Below the pieces are notes generated by a model, which did no database searches, was not told where the DNA came from, and saw only the letters and a program-made list of their open reading frames with translations. A stretch of 64,000 bases of DNA from Owenia fusiformis (taxonomy: Eukaryota). Position numbers and translations under genes: made by a program. The DNA lies in NCBI GenBank assembly GCA_903813345.2, contig CAIIXF020000001.1, positions 2,914,001-2,978,000 of the forward strand, in the 5' to 3' direction. Positions 1-13,213 of the stretch are shown piece by piece (position 1 is the first letter of the stretch; each line of letters opens with the position of its first letter).

Positions 1-229
1 TATATTATGTAAAAAGATAAAATAGCATTGTTTTTCTTGAATTCATTGAACAACGGGGGATCAGCTCATCAGAGAACGACACGAAGCTAACGCCTTTCAT
101 ACCAGTTGAATATCTCACCATCGTAATACCCTCTATCCCCTTTTGGGTCTACACAGAATCAACTGATGAACAAACAACATAATACCCTAAACCGGCCATT
201 TGTTTCTTAACCCAGTAAACACCACAACC

Positions 230-1200
230 TGGTCGGACACATCCCACAACTCGACATATATAACCTATTACAACCAAACACAACCTAGATCACCAATCGT
301 GCAACAGTACAATAGAACATAACGCAGTGTCAAAATACACAGAACGCAATAGAGCATAACCCAGCACCAAAGCCAGTATAGCGCAACCTGACTTACAACC
401 ACCAAAACAAAACCAACTGTCAGATTAACACAATATGTCAACAAAGACAGACACAACCAATTGTTGAATTAACTCAACACAATTGTGCACAATTCAACAC
501 TAAACAATTAAAACACAATCAGGCACAACAAATAAAACACAACTAAACTAACAACCATGAAAACACATCGAACTGTGAAATTATCACCACACAATTTGGC
601 ACAACCCAATGGTAAATCAACAAAGGCAAACACAGTCAATTGTTCAAGTACACAACACAATTTTTCAAATCCTAAAACAAAACAATCAAAACAAAATCAG
701 GCACAAACAAAAAACTCATTAAAATTGTAATACCGAGATACACAACTAACTTAACCCAATTAGAGACAACGCCAATCACACAACACAATCAGTCACAACA
801 ATATACCTCAACCGACTAACCACAACCAGCTAGCCAACCAACATAACATATTCACAAGAGAAAACAACCCATTATACGATAAACATAACACAATCGGACA
901 CAACCTGATACTAAATCCCCAGACGAACAACCATCGAAAGAGAACTGAGTCTCAAACGTACACAACACAATTCGGCAAAACCTATACCTACTTGACACTA
1001 ACCCACCATTACACAACCAGGCTTAACCAAATACTCAATCGATTTACTCAACCCATCAAAACACAATCAGGCACAACCAATAAACCACAACGAAACGTTG
1101 ATACCGATTTACTCAACTAAGTTATTCCAACTGGAGACAATCGCACAAAACAATCGGGGACAATCCGATATCTACTGAATATGTACTTGAATTACAACCC
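230..1200. repeat. C/A-rich, G-poor degenerate repeat region
   Basis: Recurrent ACACAATC(A/G)G(G/T)CACAAC-like words (~513, 694, 784, 1061, 1150) and strong strand asymmetry; no credible ORF. Confidence 0.45.
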
Positions 1201-2902
1201 CCCTCCCTATCATCACAAGGCTGCTAATGAAGAACACATCATGGACCCCTACCCAAGAGTTAGGAACATCTGGGGCCCCTACCGTGACACATATGTAAGA
1301 GAGAAGATCCGTTACAGGATCTGGATGTCAGGCCTGTCTTTACAAAAATGAAAATAGGAAATGATACGCCAATATCATCATCCTAGGATCAAAGAAATAT
1401 ACTCTACCTGTTACATAATCACTGACGGTGGTTCGGGGAAGCTTGGGCACTAAGCTTTAGGGCACTAGTCTCCATGGACCCCCAAACGAGACCGCTTACT
1501 ATTTGACATAGATCGCATCGACTTGATGCGTGTTCAAGTCATACCACGGGAAGAAGCTACCTGGCTAGACATTTTTTCAAAATCATTCAGTTTTTCATCA
1601 TACTGAGCACTTTTCGGGAGTTTTAAGCCAAAAAGCTCCCCCTTGCCACAAGCTGGATACGGGCAAGAGTGATGCGGGGCGCCATCTTTAGACCCAATAT
1701 CACATTCATTGTCGAGGTCAGGACCAAGCTACTATACTCAAACTAAGCCCAAGACCCTGCTCTATATGAATCCGGAGCGTGACTAAAGGCACAAAATATA
1801 TATTCAGGTGGCCTAGCTGCTAACCATTGGTTTGATGTCCCTAAGAAATTGACTACGGTATTACTATTGACCCCAGAAACGATAGACCTTAAATCTGCCT
1901 ATAAGCAAATGTGACGAAAGCTTTATTTGTACAAATTGCAGGCCCCTCGCTTATAATCAAATTTATCGGCAGATAAGGCTATTACTTCATCAAAATTAGC
2001 AAGATACACATGATAACATATGTGGGTTACTAAAATTATACATTTAGGGAAAAATTTATCAAGATTTGAAGGACAAAATAGATACGGAGACAACTACGCA
2101 CAGAAAGTGTTAGTGTACGTACTTTCGGTATTGCTGTTGGTATCACAAACGTATTGCGTGCATTTTTACTCCATCGATGCGTTACGGATTTTGATACGGG
2201 TAGCTAAAACGGTGTGCGAAACATGTACACTGTAATTATTGCAATACCATTCCATACAGTGTAAAATGAATTGAACATACCATTTGAAAAACTCGATTTA
2301 TTTCAAACAATAAACAAATTCATTCACCAAATTTTAGTCAAATTATACACAGTTCACTGTGCGTGTTCATATAGTGATACCTTTAGAACTAAAAACAATA
2401 CAATCGAAGGGTAAAATCGGTACGTAAATGACCAACGTACAAAAGCCTCATTTTTCGTGTTTTCCGTATCATTTCACGTATAAATTGAACTGAGTACCCA
2501 TAAATCTGGTAAATACGTTACGGATACGGATACGTGGAGCTAAAAAGCGTTTTGCGAAACCTCTCTAATATCATTAGGAAATTATCGGAATTAGAGAATG
2601 AAGAACTACGTTCCAAACTTTCCACAGTTCGGGTTGTCATGGTTACTTCAGCTCTCCTTTACCGTACCATGTGATATCACCAAAGAAGCGCCGAGGTTGT
2701 CTCAAACATTTCTCGAAGGTGTTTTTTGATCATGAACACAAGGGTATTTTTTAGACCCATTCATTATTCCCAAAAAAGGTACTATATAATGATTAAGCTA
2801 ATCAGACGAAGTGATATCGGACAATGGACCAATCAACACCCTACTATTATACTACGACCCTTGGTCACGTCTGTCCGGGATTGTGCTAGATCCAATGCCC
2901 AT

Positions 2903-2962
2903 TGCGGGAATCGAACCTAGGATCTTCCTAGGCCATAAAGGCTAGCCACTACAGCGGAGACT
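2903..2962 (-). mobile_element. tRNA-derived SINE-like head (second copy at 4390-4449)
   Basis: Minus strand reads TAGTGGCTAGC...GGTTCGATTCCCGC (Pol III A/B-box-like); no complete cloverleaf. Confidence 0.5.
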
Positions 2963-3552
2963 ATAGTAGCGACTTATTTCACTTATTTGATGGCAGCAAA
3001 ATAAATAATAAAAAGGAATAATATAGTTGCTGTTTTACAGTTAATACAAGGGAAACATTTAAAAATATTAATTAGAAACAAGCCAAGGATTAAAGTCAGT
3101 TTAATAATATTGTATTGATGAAATTAGAATCGACTTGCTGTTACTAGTTTTTCTAATTATCAAAATCGCAACACAAAACTAGTAATAGTATAGGGAGGTT
3201 AAAGCTAAACGTTTTTAAGAGAAGTGACACATATGTCTTAAGAATTTTTATCTTTTAAAAACTTGCGGCTTAACCTCCCTAACATCGGAGTCAATATACG
3301 AAGGACCAGAAACATACTTAAGTTTAGGGTGATGTTCTGATAAGTGTGTACTCTGAGCGCAGATTTTAGTTTTAGACGAAACTATGAAGAGGTTAAGTCA
3401 ATCGTATGCAAAGGGTATGTACCGGATGGTATTGGATAAAGTATATATTTATTATTGGATAAAGTATATATTTATTAGATTTTTTTTATTATGTTCATGC
3501 TTATGCTTTATTATATACCCTCTGCACTTACCGTGAAGCACAATCTCCACTT

Positions 3553-4360
3553 TATTTTTATTGCACCCTAAGGTGCTATATTGTAATCAGTTTGCCGGGC
3601 GGTTGGGCGGGCGGGCGTCCGGAATAATCTTGTCTACAGGTTTCCAGCCAGACCGTTTGAGGGATTCATTTAAAATTCTCAGGGATGTTTCTACCTATGA
3701 AATTTTAGAACTGATTAGTTTTAAGGCATTCTGGGTAAATGTTAAGGCGGCCATTTTGGATTTTCCGTCCTAAAATCTTGTCTGTCAAGGCTTGTCTACA
3801 GGTTTCCAGCCAAACCGTTTGAGGGATTCATTTGAAATTCTCAGGGATGTTTCTACCTATAAAATTTTAGAACTGACTAGATTTTCGGCATTCTGGGTAA
3901 ATGTTAAGGTGGCCATTTTGGATTTTCCGTCCTAAAATCTTGTCTGTCAAGGCTTGTCTACAGGTTTCCAGCCAAACCGTTTGAGGGATTCATTTGAAGT
4001 TCTCAGGGATGTTTCTACCTATAAAAGTTTATAACTGATTAATTTTTCGGAATTCTGGGTAAATGTTAAAGCGGCCATTTTGGATATTCCGTCCTAAAAT
4101 CTTGTCTGTCAAGGCTTGTCTACAGGTTTCGAGCCAAACCGTTTGAGGGATTCATTTGAAATTCTCAGGGATGTTTCTACCTATGAAAGTTTAGAACTGA
4201 TTAGTTTTTCGGCATTCTTGGTAAATGTTAAGGCGGCCATTTTGGATTTTCCGTCCTAAAATCGTGCCTGTGAAGGCTTTTTCCAGCCAAACCGTTTGAG
4301 GGATTCAATTGAAATTTTCAGGGATGTTTCTACCTATAAAAGTTTATAACTCATTAGTTT
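3553..4360 (+). mobile_element. 3'-truncated Helentron-type non-autonomous element (HINE/DINE-like) with 162-bp satellite array
   Basis: T-rich flank, subTIR TTGCACCCT (3561), (GGGC)n microsatellite, 162-bp units (TTGTCTACAGG at 3630, 3792, 3954...). Confidence 0.65.
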
Positions 4361-5019
4361 ACACCCTTGGTATACGCAGCTAACGAACATGCGGGAATCG
4401 AACCTAGGATCTTCCTAGGCCATAAAGGCTAGCCACTACAGCGGAGACTATAGTAGCGACTTATTTCACTTATTTGATGGCAGCAAAATAAATAATAAAA
4501 AGGAATAATATAGTTGCTGTTTTACAGTTAATACAAGGGAAACATTTAAAAATATTAATTAGAAACAAGCCAAGGATTAAAGTCAGTTTAATAATATTGT
4601 ATTGATGAAATTAGAATCGACTTGCTGTTACTAGTTTTTCTAACTATCAAAAATCGCAACACAAAAAATAGTAATAGTATAGGGAGGTTAAAGCTAAACG
4701 TTTTTAAGAGAAGTGACACATATGTCTTAAGAATTTTTATCTTTCAAAAACTTGCGGCTTAACCTCCCTAACATCGGAGTCAATATACGAAGGACCAGAA
4801 ACATACTTTAGTTTAGGGTGATGTTCTGATAAGTGTGTACTCTGAGCGCAGATTTTTGTTTTAGACGAAACTATGAAGAGGTTAAGCCAATCGTATGCAA
4901 AGGGTATGTACCGGATGGTATTGGATAAAGTATATATTTATTAGTTTTTTTTATTATGTTCATGCTTATGCTTTATTATATACCCTCTGCACTTACCGTG
5001 AAGCACAATCTCCACTTTA

Positions 5020-5915
5020 TTTTTTATTGCACCCTAAGGTGCTATATTGTAATCAGTTTGCCGGGCGGTTGGGCGGGCGGGCGTCCCGAATAATCTTGTC
5101 TACAGGTTTCCAGCCAAACCGTTTGAGGGATTCATTTGAAATTCTCAGGGATGTTTCTACCTATGAAAGTTTAGAACTGATTAGTTTTTCGACATTCTGG
5201 ATAAATGTTAAGACGGCCATTTTGGATTTTCCGTCCTAAAATCTTGTCTGTCAAGGCTTGTCTACAGGTTTCGAGCCAAACCGTTTGAGGGATTCATTTG
5301 AAATTCTCAGGGACGTTTCTACCTATAAAAGTTTAGAACTGATTAGTTTTTCGGCATTCTTGGTAAATGTTAAGGCGGCCATTTTGGATTTTTCGTCCTA
5401 AAATCGTGCCTGTGAAGGCTTGTCTACAGGTTTCCAGCCAAACCGTTTGAGGGATTCATTTGAAATTTTCAGGGATGTTTCTACCTATGAAAGTTTATAA
5501 CTCACGAGTTTATCGGCATTCTCGGTAAATGTTAAGGTGGCCATTTTGGATTTTCCGTCCTAAAATCTTGTCTGTCGAGGCTTGTTTAGAAATAACTAAA
5601 CGGTCAATCTTTCCAATTTTCACATATTTTGTAACATCAGTATATCTTTTACCAGGATTTTTTCAGGAAAATCTGAATTGTAGAAAAAAGCTGATTCACT
5701 GTGAAGTAATACCTTAAAACGTGCCTCTTGAGGGTTAATGTTTACAGGTTTCATGGATTCATCCTAAAATTTTAGAGATGTTTCTATGAGAAGTTTAGAA
5801 CTGATTAGTTTTTAGGCAGTCTGGGTAAATGTTAAGGTGGCCATTTTGAATTTTCCATCCCGAAAAGTGTATTCTGTTCAAGGGTGCGATTCTGTTCACC
5901 CTGTGGCTTGTTTTT
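5020..5915 (+). mobile_element. Helentron-type non-autonomous element (HINE/DINE-like) with 162-bp satellite array
   Basis: 5' TTGCACCCT (5027) and inverted 3' AGGGTGCGA (5881), then a short 3' segment and a T-run; internal (GGGC)n and ~162-bp tandem units. Confidence 0.7.
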
Positions 5916-6289
5916 AAATTATAATTGCTCTATATCATATATGAGATGTGTAAACACCCATAACCTTGGATTCGTTCAGGTTCGCTTCAAGGTGCGTGTC
6001 TTCAGTGTAGAACTAGAAATGAACTCATTGGTGCGATCACCGTACGACGGTATTGAATGGACCTAAGTAAAGTGTATATTTGTGAAGTTCGAATGAAAAA
6101 GAAATCGTTTTGAGCTTTTGAACTGTATTGAAACAACTTTGTTTGGCATATGATCATCTATACACAAAGTAGTAAACATAAAATTTATTGTACATGGGTC
6201 CACAGTTGCGTTACTAAATGACAAAAAGTCTGGTACAACTCAAGTCGAATACGAACATCTGATGAGAAATATGAAGCTGAATACATTGC

Positions 6290-7873
6290 TTGCGTGAGTT
6301 CAAAGAACACTCGAATATTCTTGATATTCATTCAACTAAGCAGCGCATGTACTTTGTGTCGCACTTTGTGATGGAAAAGAATCGAATAGAAGTACAACGC
6401 TACATTTCAGTATGTGTTGGTATCTTGGGACTTGTATTTTATGGAATCATACTTGGTTTCAACATCTATGCTGTTGCTCTTAAACAAACGTTCAACTATA
6501 CACAAACGGAATTGGAGTACATTGCCGCAAGCGGTATCGTCGGATCCGAGATAACTTCGTACTTTTCCGGTATAGCCATAGACAGATTTGGACCCCGCTC
6601 AGCATGCGTTGTAGCTGCTATACTTAGCTCATCTTGTTTCGCATTGATGTGGATGGCAACGAAGTTCATCTCGTTCTTTGAATCTCGGAGCTGGATTATT
6701 TGTTTGATATACTTCATGGCCGCTAGCGGGTGCTGCGTGAATTATGTGGCGTGCTTTGCACCAATTTCATTAAATTTTGAAGGGAATCATCGTGGTAAAA
6801 TAGTTGGGTTTGCGAGTGCTACGATTGGCGCTAGTCCCCTTATATTCACTGCTATATATCAGGGATTCTTCGTGCAGGGGCATGTAACTGACGAACAGAA
6901 TCAACATATTGGTGATTTCTTTGTTCTGCTGTCCATATGGGCAGCATGTGCATATTCTCTTGGTGCAGCATTTCTTAAAATAATTCCGCCAAATGACACT
7001 TCTATACCTCTAGACCTTATAGGTGAAGGAAAGGATCCAAGTCCATGCAGTGACCCAAATAATGTGACAAGCGTAGAAACCAATATTGACCATGCCATTA
7101 CGAACCTTGTAAAAGCAAATGAAGATAATGAAACAAATGACAACGACAACAAATTAAACGATAAAACTCGATTATTTCAAAAGGACTCGGATTGCAAAAA
7201 CAATAAATTAGATAGTTTCAACGGCAAAGATATCACATGCTGTCAGATGATGAAGACCTTGAAATTTCATTTACTGCTCTGGATAGTGATTTTAATTAAA
7301 GGTATGGGATTGACATTTTCTGCGAACATTACAACAATGGCAAAGTCTGCACATCTCGAGACAGCATCAGCTATGTTATTAATGATCATTCCAATTACTA
7401 ATACACTTTCAAGGTTTTTCGTTGGTTTTATTCCGGATGTTCTCAAGCAGAGGTTTACATGGATTCCACTTTCATCATCATTGTTGGTTGCATCTTTGCT
7501 AATGATGATGGGCCAAACTATTCTAATATTCTTTAATCAACATTTAGCAGCCTTGGTGTGTTTTTGTGTAATGTTTAGCATATCAACTGGATTTATATCC
7601 ACATTAGTGCCCATTTTTATCATAGAGCTGTTTGGAATGAAGGAATTTTCACAGAAGTTAGGATTGGTTTTAACATTAGTGGGGATTGTCGCATTCCCAT
7701 TTGCAAAAATCTTTGGCGTGATTTATGAACAATATAGTCTCCCGGGTTCTAACACTTGTTTTGGAGTACATTGTTCAAGATGGACATACGTCTCCATGGC
7801 TATTCTATCTTTTCTTTCCGCTGTACTAAGTGCAGCTCTGATAAATGCAGAACGTGACAAACGCCCGTCATAA
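6290..7873 (+). CDS. Intronless MFS transporter (nodulin-like/MCH1-like); true start probably a downstream ATG (MYFVS or MEKNR)
   Basis: 527-aa ORF, ~12 hydrophobic helices in 6+6 arrangement, motif A-like GIAIDRFGPR, NFEGNHRGKIVG, C-terminal CFGVHC. Confidence 0.88.
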   Translation: MREFKEHSNILDIHSTKQRMYFVSHFVMEKNRIEVQRYISVCVGILGLVFYGIILGFNIYAVALKQTFNYTQTELEYIAASGIVGSEITSYFSGIAIDRFGPRSACVVAAILSSSCFALMWMATKFISFFESRSWIICLIYFMAASGCCVNYVACFAPISLNFEGNHRGKIVGFASATIGASPLIFTAIYQGFFVQGHVTDEQNQHIGDFFVLLSIWAACAYSLGAAFLKIIPPNDTSIPLDLIGEGKDPSPCSDPNNVTSVETNIDHAITNLVKANEDNETNDNDNKLNDKTRLFQKDSDCKNNKLDSFNGKDITCCQMMKTLKFHLLLWIVILIKGMGLTFSANITTMAKSAHLETASAMLLMIIPITNTLSRFFVGFIPDVLKQRFTWIPLSSSLLVASLLMMMGQTILIFFNQHLAALVCFCVMFSISTGFISTLVPIFIIELFGMKEFSQKLGLVLTLVGIVAFPFAKIFGVIYEQYSLPGSNTCFGVHCSRWTYVSMAILSFLSAVLSAALINAERDKRPS

Positions 7874-9299
7874 TTGAAAGAAAAATTTGATATACAAAGC
7901 CTCAGTCACATTTGCTCTACGGCTTGATTAGTTAAAGAAATTCCCGAATGGATCTAAAGTAATATTTAGTTTGTTTGCCCCTATGTGTGAATAATTCTAA
8001 ATTCTCACAAAAGGGCGATAAAATAATTTTTAGATAAAGATGGCAGTTCAATCAATTTCGTTTACAAACTGAAATTCTACCACTACTGCCATCTTTAGAA
8101 CGGACTTAAACTTATGTCATATTGTTTGATATAAAAAATTGCCAACGGTATTAAGTTCTTAAACACTAACGTGTAACCAATACTGTATTGTAAAATGTAC
8201 GTGTACCATGTAACTGTAATGGATTTGTTTTTTTGCAATTGCTCTAACATGTTTTTTCTTCTCTGAAATAAAAAAAAATTTAATAAAAAAAGTAAAAAAT
8301 AAATAAATAAATATAATTTCAGTTGTTCGACCTTGGGACCCCATTTGATTTGAATCGTCTTTAGTATGCGCACAAGGTTTCATGAAATAACCTTGTGATT
8401 TATAACCTCGTTTCTCATAGAATAATAGGCAAGGGGAAGATGTTGAACATTGTCTCTTTGTGTTTTTGTGTTTTATGTATTCATTTGGGATATTTGGGAT
8501 TTTTGTTTTTATCTTAACTGGTTTTACTATTAGATGTTTCTTTCTCGATTTGAAATAAAGTTATGTCAATACCTTTGGCACGTCTGCTCGCATGAATTAA
8601 AATGTTTACATATTTTCACAAATCCAACGTACTTTAACCAGTCTATTGAAATCCATAAACGAACTTGCTTGAATAAATGGGTATGTATTCTTTGAGAAAT
8701 TCTCACGTCTGAACTCTTGAAGTATAATCTAATGGATCAATTAAACATTCATTATTTGCATTCCGAAATGAAATGTTGTCAAACAATAGGAAATTGTTCG
8801 TGAATTGAATGTAACAATAGTAAATCGTTCGAATTGAATGTAACAAATTGAGAATGTATTTCCAATAATCCCAAGAATACTCAAACGTCTAATCATGACA
8901 TTCCGAGTTAATATTACGATAAGTAAAATATAAAACACTCTCTAGAGCTTGAGAAGAAAAATAAATTATTACTGTGGATTAAAAAACAATACCCTCTTTA
9001 AAACCTTACATACACTAGACTCTGAATCTAGTATTTAAATCCGCCAAGGGAATACCTTAACAATAAAACCTGTGGTTGGTATTGACCTTATGAAACTGAA
9101 AAATTCAAAATTCCCCGATTACCCCGGGCCCCTTCCCAATCTTAAAGTGACACCGTTATCTTTATGTCCATATAATCATGGGCTTTCAATTAGTAGTTGA
9201 AAGCCCATATGATATAATTATATTGAAACAAAGCACTGACAAGAACGGAAGTTGTTGTGATGGTGTAATATGAATTTTGAATAGGTGTTCTACAATGTG

Positions 9300-10222
9300 A
9301 AAATGACTGTGACTTTAGTATGACAATAACTGTGACGTTAGCATGACAATGGCTGTGACGTTACTGACAATGACTGTGACGTTAGTATGGCGATGGCTTT
9401 GGCGTTAGTACTGGCAATGACTGTGATCTTAGTACTGGCAATGCCCGTGACGTTAGTATGACAATAACTGTGACGTTAGGACTGTCCTGACAATTACTGA
9501 CGTTAGTATGATAATGGAGAGTTTAAGCTTGAATAAAAAAAATCAAAACGCCTACCTATACGTATGACCACTCGCCAATACAAATGCATCGCTTAAATAT
9601 TTTTTCCGTTCCCGTTTAGGTTGTAAAAAAATTGCAAGCTTAAACTCCCTAATGATTGTTACTTTAGTATGACAATGACTGTGACGTTAGAACTGACAAT
9701 GACTGTGGCGTTAGTATGACAATGCCTGTGACGTTAGCACGACAATGGCTTTGACGTTAGTAGTGACAATGACTGTGACGTTAGTATGACAATGATTGTG
9801 ACGTTAGTATGACAATGACTGTGACGCTAGTACTGACAGGGCCCATAACGTTAGATGACAATTACTGTGTGACGCCAGTACTGACAATGACTTTGACGTT
9901 AGTAGTGACAATGACTGTGGCGTTAGTATGACAATGATTGTGACGTTAGTATGACAATGACTGTGACGCTAGTACTGACAATGCCCATAACGTTAGATGA
10001 CAATTACTGTGTGACGCCAGTACTGACAATGACTGGCGTTAGTATGACAATGACTGTGACGTTAGTATTGACAATGCCCATGACGTTAGATGACAATGAC
10101 TGTGTGACGCCAGTACTGACAATGACTGGCGTTAGTATAACAATGACTGTGACGATAATAATGACTGCGCCTTTATTGTGACAACGACGTGGCTTTAGTG
10201 TGACAGCGGCTGAAAGTGACAA
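9300..10222. repeat. ~23-25 bp minisatellite (ATGACTGTGACGTTAGTATGACA)
   Basis: Dozens of tandem degenerate units; explains ORFs 9951..10181 and 10004..10222. Confidence 0.9.
9516..9650. mobile_element. 135-bp MITE inserted in the minisatellite
   Basis: TIRs GGAGAGTTTAAGCTTG / CAAGCTTAAACTCCCT, AAT on both sides; removal restores the repeat unit. Confidence 0.7.
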
Positions 10223-10725
10223 TGTGTGATAAAATTTTTATCGCCCGATGTATTATCTGATCCCAACACACCATATCAAATTATAATCCAAAACGGAAAT
10301 TCGCATATTCTCTGATTCCGTTATAACTGAGCGATGCTAGGGTAGAATAAATATGTTCATGACAATCTCAAATACATTGAGATATTATTTCAATATTTCA
10401 ATAAACGGCGAAACAGTTCGGAATAAATACATATATAATTCAGGGTTGTGACCAGTCACGTTGACCCGAGTCATTGAGAAATGTTACCAGGTGACCGCAA
10501 TTCAAAACAAATTGAATAAGACCCGTCCACTCAAGGTTACTAACCCGAAAACCAAAAAATAAACATATCCGAATGAAACCAAACCCATGATAAACTTCAC
10601 TAAACAATTTCCAAAGTTCCGGCTAATGTGAAGCCCAAACTTGACATTGTTTTGTTAAACAAAAGTCAATGTCGACCTTATAAATGTCAAAAGCAATTTC
10701 TAATTCAATATACCCTGGCCTTGAT

Positions 10726-12794
10726 CACTGGGGATGAACTGGAAACGAGGGAGGTTTTGCCTCGTATCAAAATGGCGGCGCGTGAAAAAATTTCATTCGG
10801 TAAGATTTTTGTTTTTTACAATTTTCGTGCTTTTATCCTTCAAATTAAAACGTAATATTTGGCAAGTAAATAGTTCATAAGTTCCGGTTTTATAATATGA
10901 TTACAAATTAGAAATCAATACTGGCATTGCTGAGATATTTACATATCAATTATCTCACTTAGGAAACGAGGCACGTTTCTCAAGGAAACGAGGCAGCTAT
11001 ATAGCATTCTTAAGAATGAAACGAGGCAACCATATTTAATTAAAAATATTTTGTTTTTATTACAGAACGGGGCCTACAAAAAGAAGCGTCCCTGTTCAAA
11101 TGCTATTTCTGTCGTAACACAGGAAACGACAACGTTGCTGATATTGTATTCCATATGATGCAACAGCATGATGGTAATCTCTCTGTACGGAAACGAACGT
11201 TAGATGAGAAAACAGGTTCATTTGTATACACGTCTCATCATTTTGGCGTTGCCATTGAACGTGTAAGGCTGTATCATCAAGTTCCTTTATCAAACATTCA
11301 GATTGTACAGATTATCAGATATACATCACTGTTACCCACCTAGTTACACAGACGTATCGTCAGTGTATCATGGCGGTACTACTTCCGGGACTAGGTTTCG
11401 GTAAGATTTTTTTATTTCCCGATTTACATCTATTTATAAGTCACGTTGTGGATCATAATTTGGCTCGAAGTTAAGGAAGATAGTCTAGTTTGAGAATGTG
11501 TCGATGGTTTAAGGTTTTATATATTAACGAAGACACAATTCACGTATTTAGTCCCTCGCTTTTGTTACACTGACGAACGACCAATATCAGTGTAATATTG
11601 GCAATATAAATGCCGATCGTCAGTGTAACAAAAGCGAGGGACTAAATATGTGAAATGCGTCTTCGTTAACATACCAAACCTAAAACCATCGACACATTTT
11701 CAAACTAGACTATCTCCCATAACTTCGAGCCAAATTATAATCCACATCGTGATTTATAAGTAGATGTAAATCGAGAAATAAAAATATCTTACCGAATTCA
11801 AATCCCGGAAGTAGTTCCGCCATGATACACTGACGATACGTCTGTGTAACTAGGTGGGTAGCAGTGTACATAGGCCTACATGTTCATCATGTCATAGCCT
11901 AATATGTATAACTACATTTGGAATGTGTACACATGTACCATCATTGTACCTGTATATGATGTGATTGCTTTTGCCTGCATTGGAACAACTTTACCGCGCA
12001 AATAGAGTACATGTAACATTTTATGTTATACTGTTGTAATCCGATCCTTTCAAAATGATGAACAAGGTATTGGTACTTTTACCCTGCGTGCAGAGTCTAG
12101 TTAAACTACACTCTGCCTAGTAGAGACCATATTACAGTTTAGTAGCCCCGCCCCCACGATGGTACGGTGACAGTTTGGATAATAATCACTTGTGACCTCT
12201 GCGCTGACCTTTCTTCTACCATTCAGCGAGCTTGAAGAAACATACGCCAAATGCGTTCTAATTAAATATGCGCATGTCATTGGTCAATTCCAGGCTCAAT
12301 GATGACGTCAGAAGGAATGACTATATATAGAACGTCGGTCAAATTTGGCCGACGAACACTGACAATATGGTTATTCTTTTTAACTCTTACATATATAATC
12401 ATGTATATCGTGTAAAACGTAATCGGTCGTATGTGACCAGAACGGTGGAAATAAGATCATTAAATGTAGACACTATCACAGAAAGAATAGTTGCCTCGTT
12501 GCAAGTCAAACATTGCCTCGTTTCATTGTTACAAAATGTAGACAGGTGCCTCGTTTCCTAAGTGAGAGAATTGAAATGTAAATATCTCAGCAATGTCTGT
12601 ATTGATTTCTAATTTGCAATCATATTATAAAACCGGAACTTATAAACTATTTACTTGCCAAATATTAAGTTTTAATTTGAAGGATAAAAGCACGAAAATT
12701 GTAAAAAACAAAAATCTTACTGAATGAATTTTTTTCACGCGCCGCCATTTTGATACGAGGCAAAACCTCCCTCGTTTCCAGTTCATCCCCAGTG
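10726..12794. mobile_element. 2069-bp non-autonomous DNA transposon, ~250-bp TIRs, CACTG...CAGTG ends
   Basis: CACTGGGGATGAACTGGAAACGAGG... and its reverse complement ending at 12794; CTTGAT at 10720-10725 and 12795-12800. Confidence 0.88.
11327..11866. mobile_element. 540-bp foldback MITE with CAC...GTG ends and 5-bp TSD (Transib-like signature), nested in the previous element
   Basis: Almost entirely palindromic (~250-bp arms); TACAT at 11322-11326 and 11867-11871. Confidence 0.88.
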
Positions 12795-13213
12795 CTTGAT
12801 CACCGTTTCCCCAAATATTGTATAATCAAATATGACTAGCCTTGTGGGTGTTACGGATTAATGGCCTATCATCACACTACCCTACCTCGATAGCGCATGC
12901 GCGAATTTTTTGGCTTTCAATCAGGTCGCTTTTGAGTATATCGACTGCTTAGTGAAAAGGTTAATACGTTTGGTGCTCGGAGTGAGTCAATATTGCTATT
13001 CGCTGAACTTCAGTGGTGCAATAGTGAAGTCCATGTTCCAAGTTATATGATAGTTGAAGAAATACTGTAAATAATATCGTTTTAAATTTTAAAATATTTG
13101 ATATGTCATAGTACACGGTACACAGCTGCAAAAGTTGATCAATACAGGGTACAAGGAATGTAAATTGTTCAATAGTACAGGGAGCGAGAAAGTAAGCTGA
13201 TTATACTGACATA

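Larger units (their letters stand above)
2903..5520 (+). repeat. Tandem duplication of ~1.49 kb (2903-~4360 repeated from 4390)
   Basis: GCGGGAATCGAACCTAGG... at 2904 and 4391 (offset 1487), near-identical afterwards; copy 1 has an extra ATTGGATAAAGTATATATTT repeat. Confidence 0.9.

Noticed and set aside
2903-2962. Functional tRNA gene
   Set aside because: Only A/B-box-like motifs; I could not fold a cloverleaf, so it is treated as a SINE-like head
3561-5717. Short ORFs 3561..3773, 4895..5239 and 5529..5717
   Set aside because: Translations of the satellite/Helentron-type repeat
9300-10222. CRISPR-like array, or Thr/Val/Met-rich ORFs
   Set aside because: Contiguous tandem units without unique spacers, in a eukaryotic context; the ORFs are repeat artefacts
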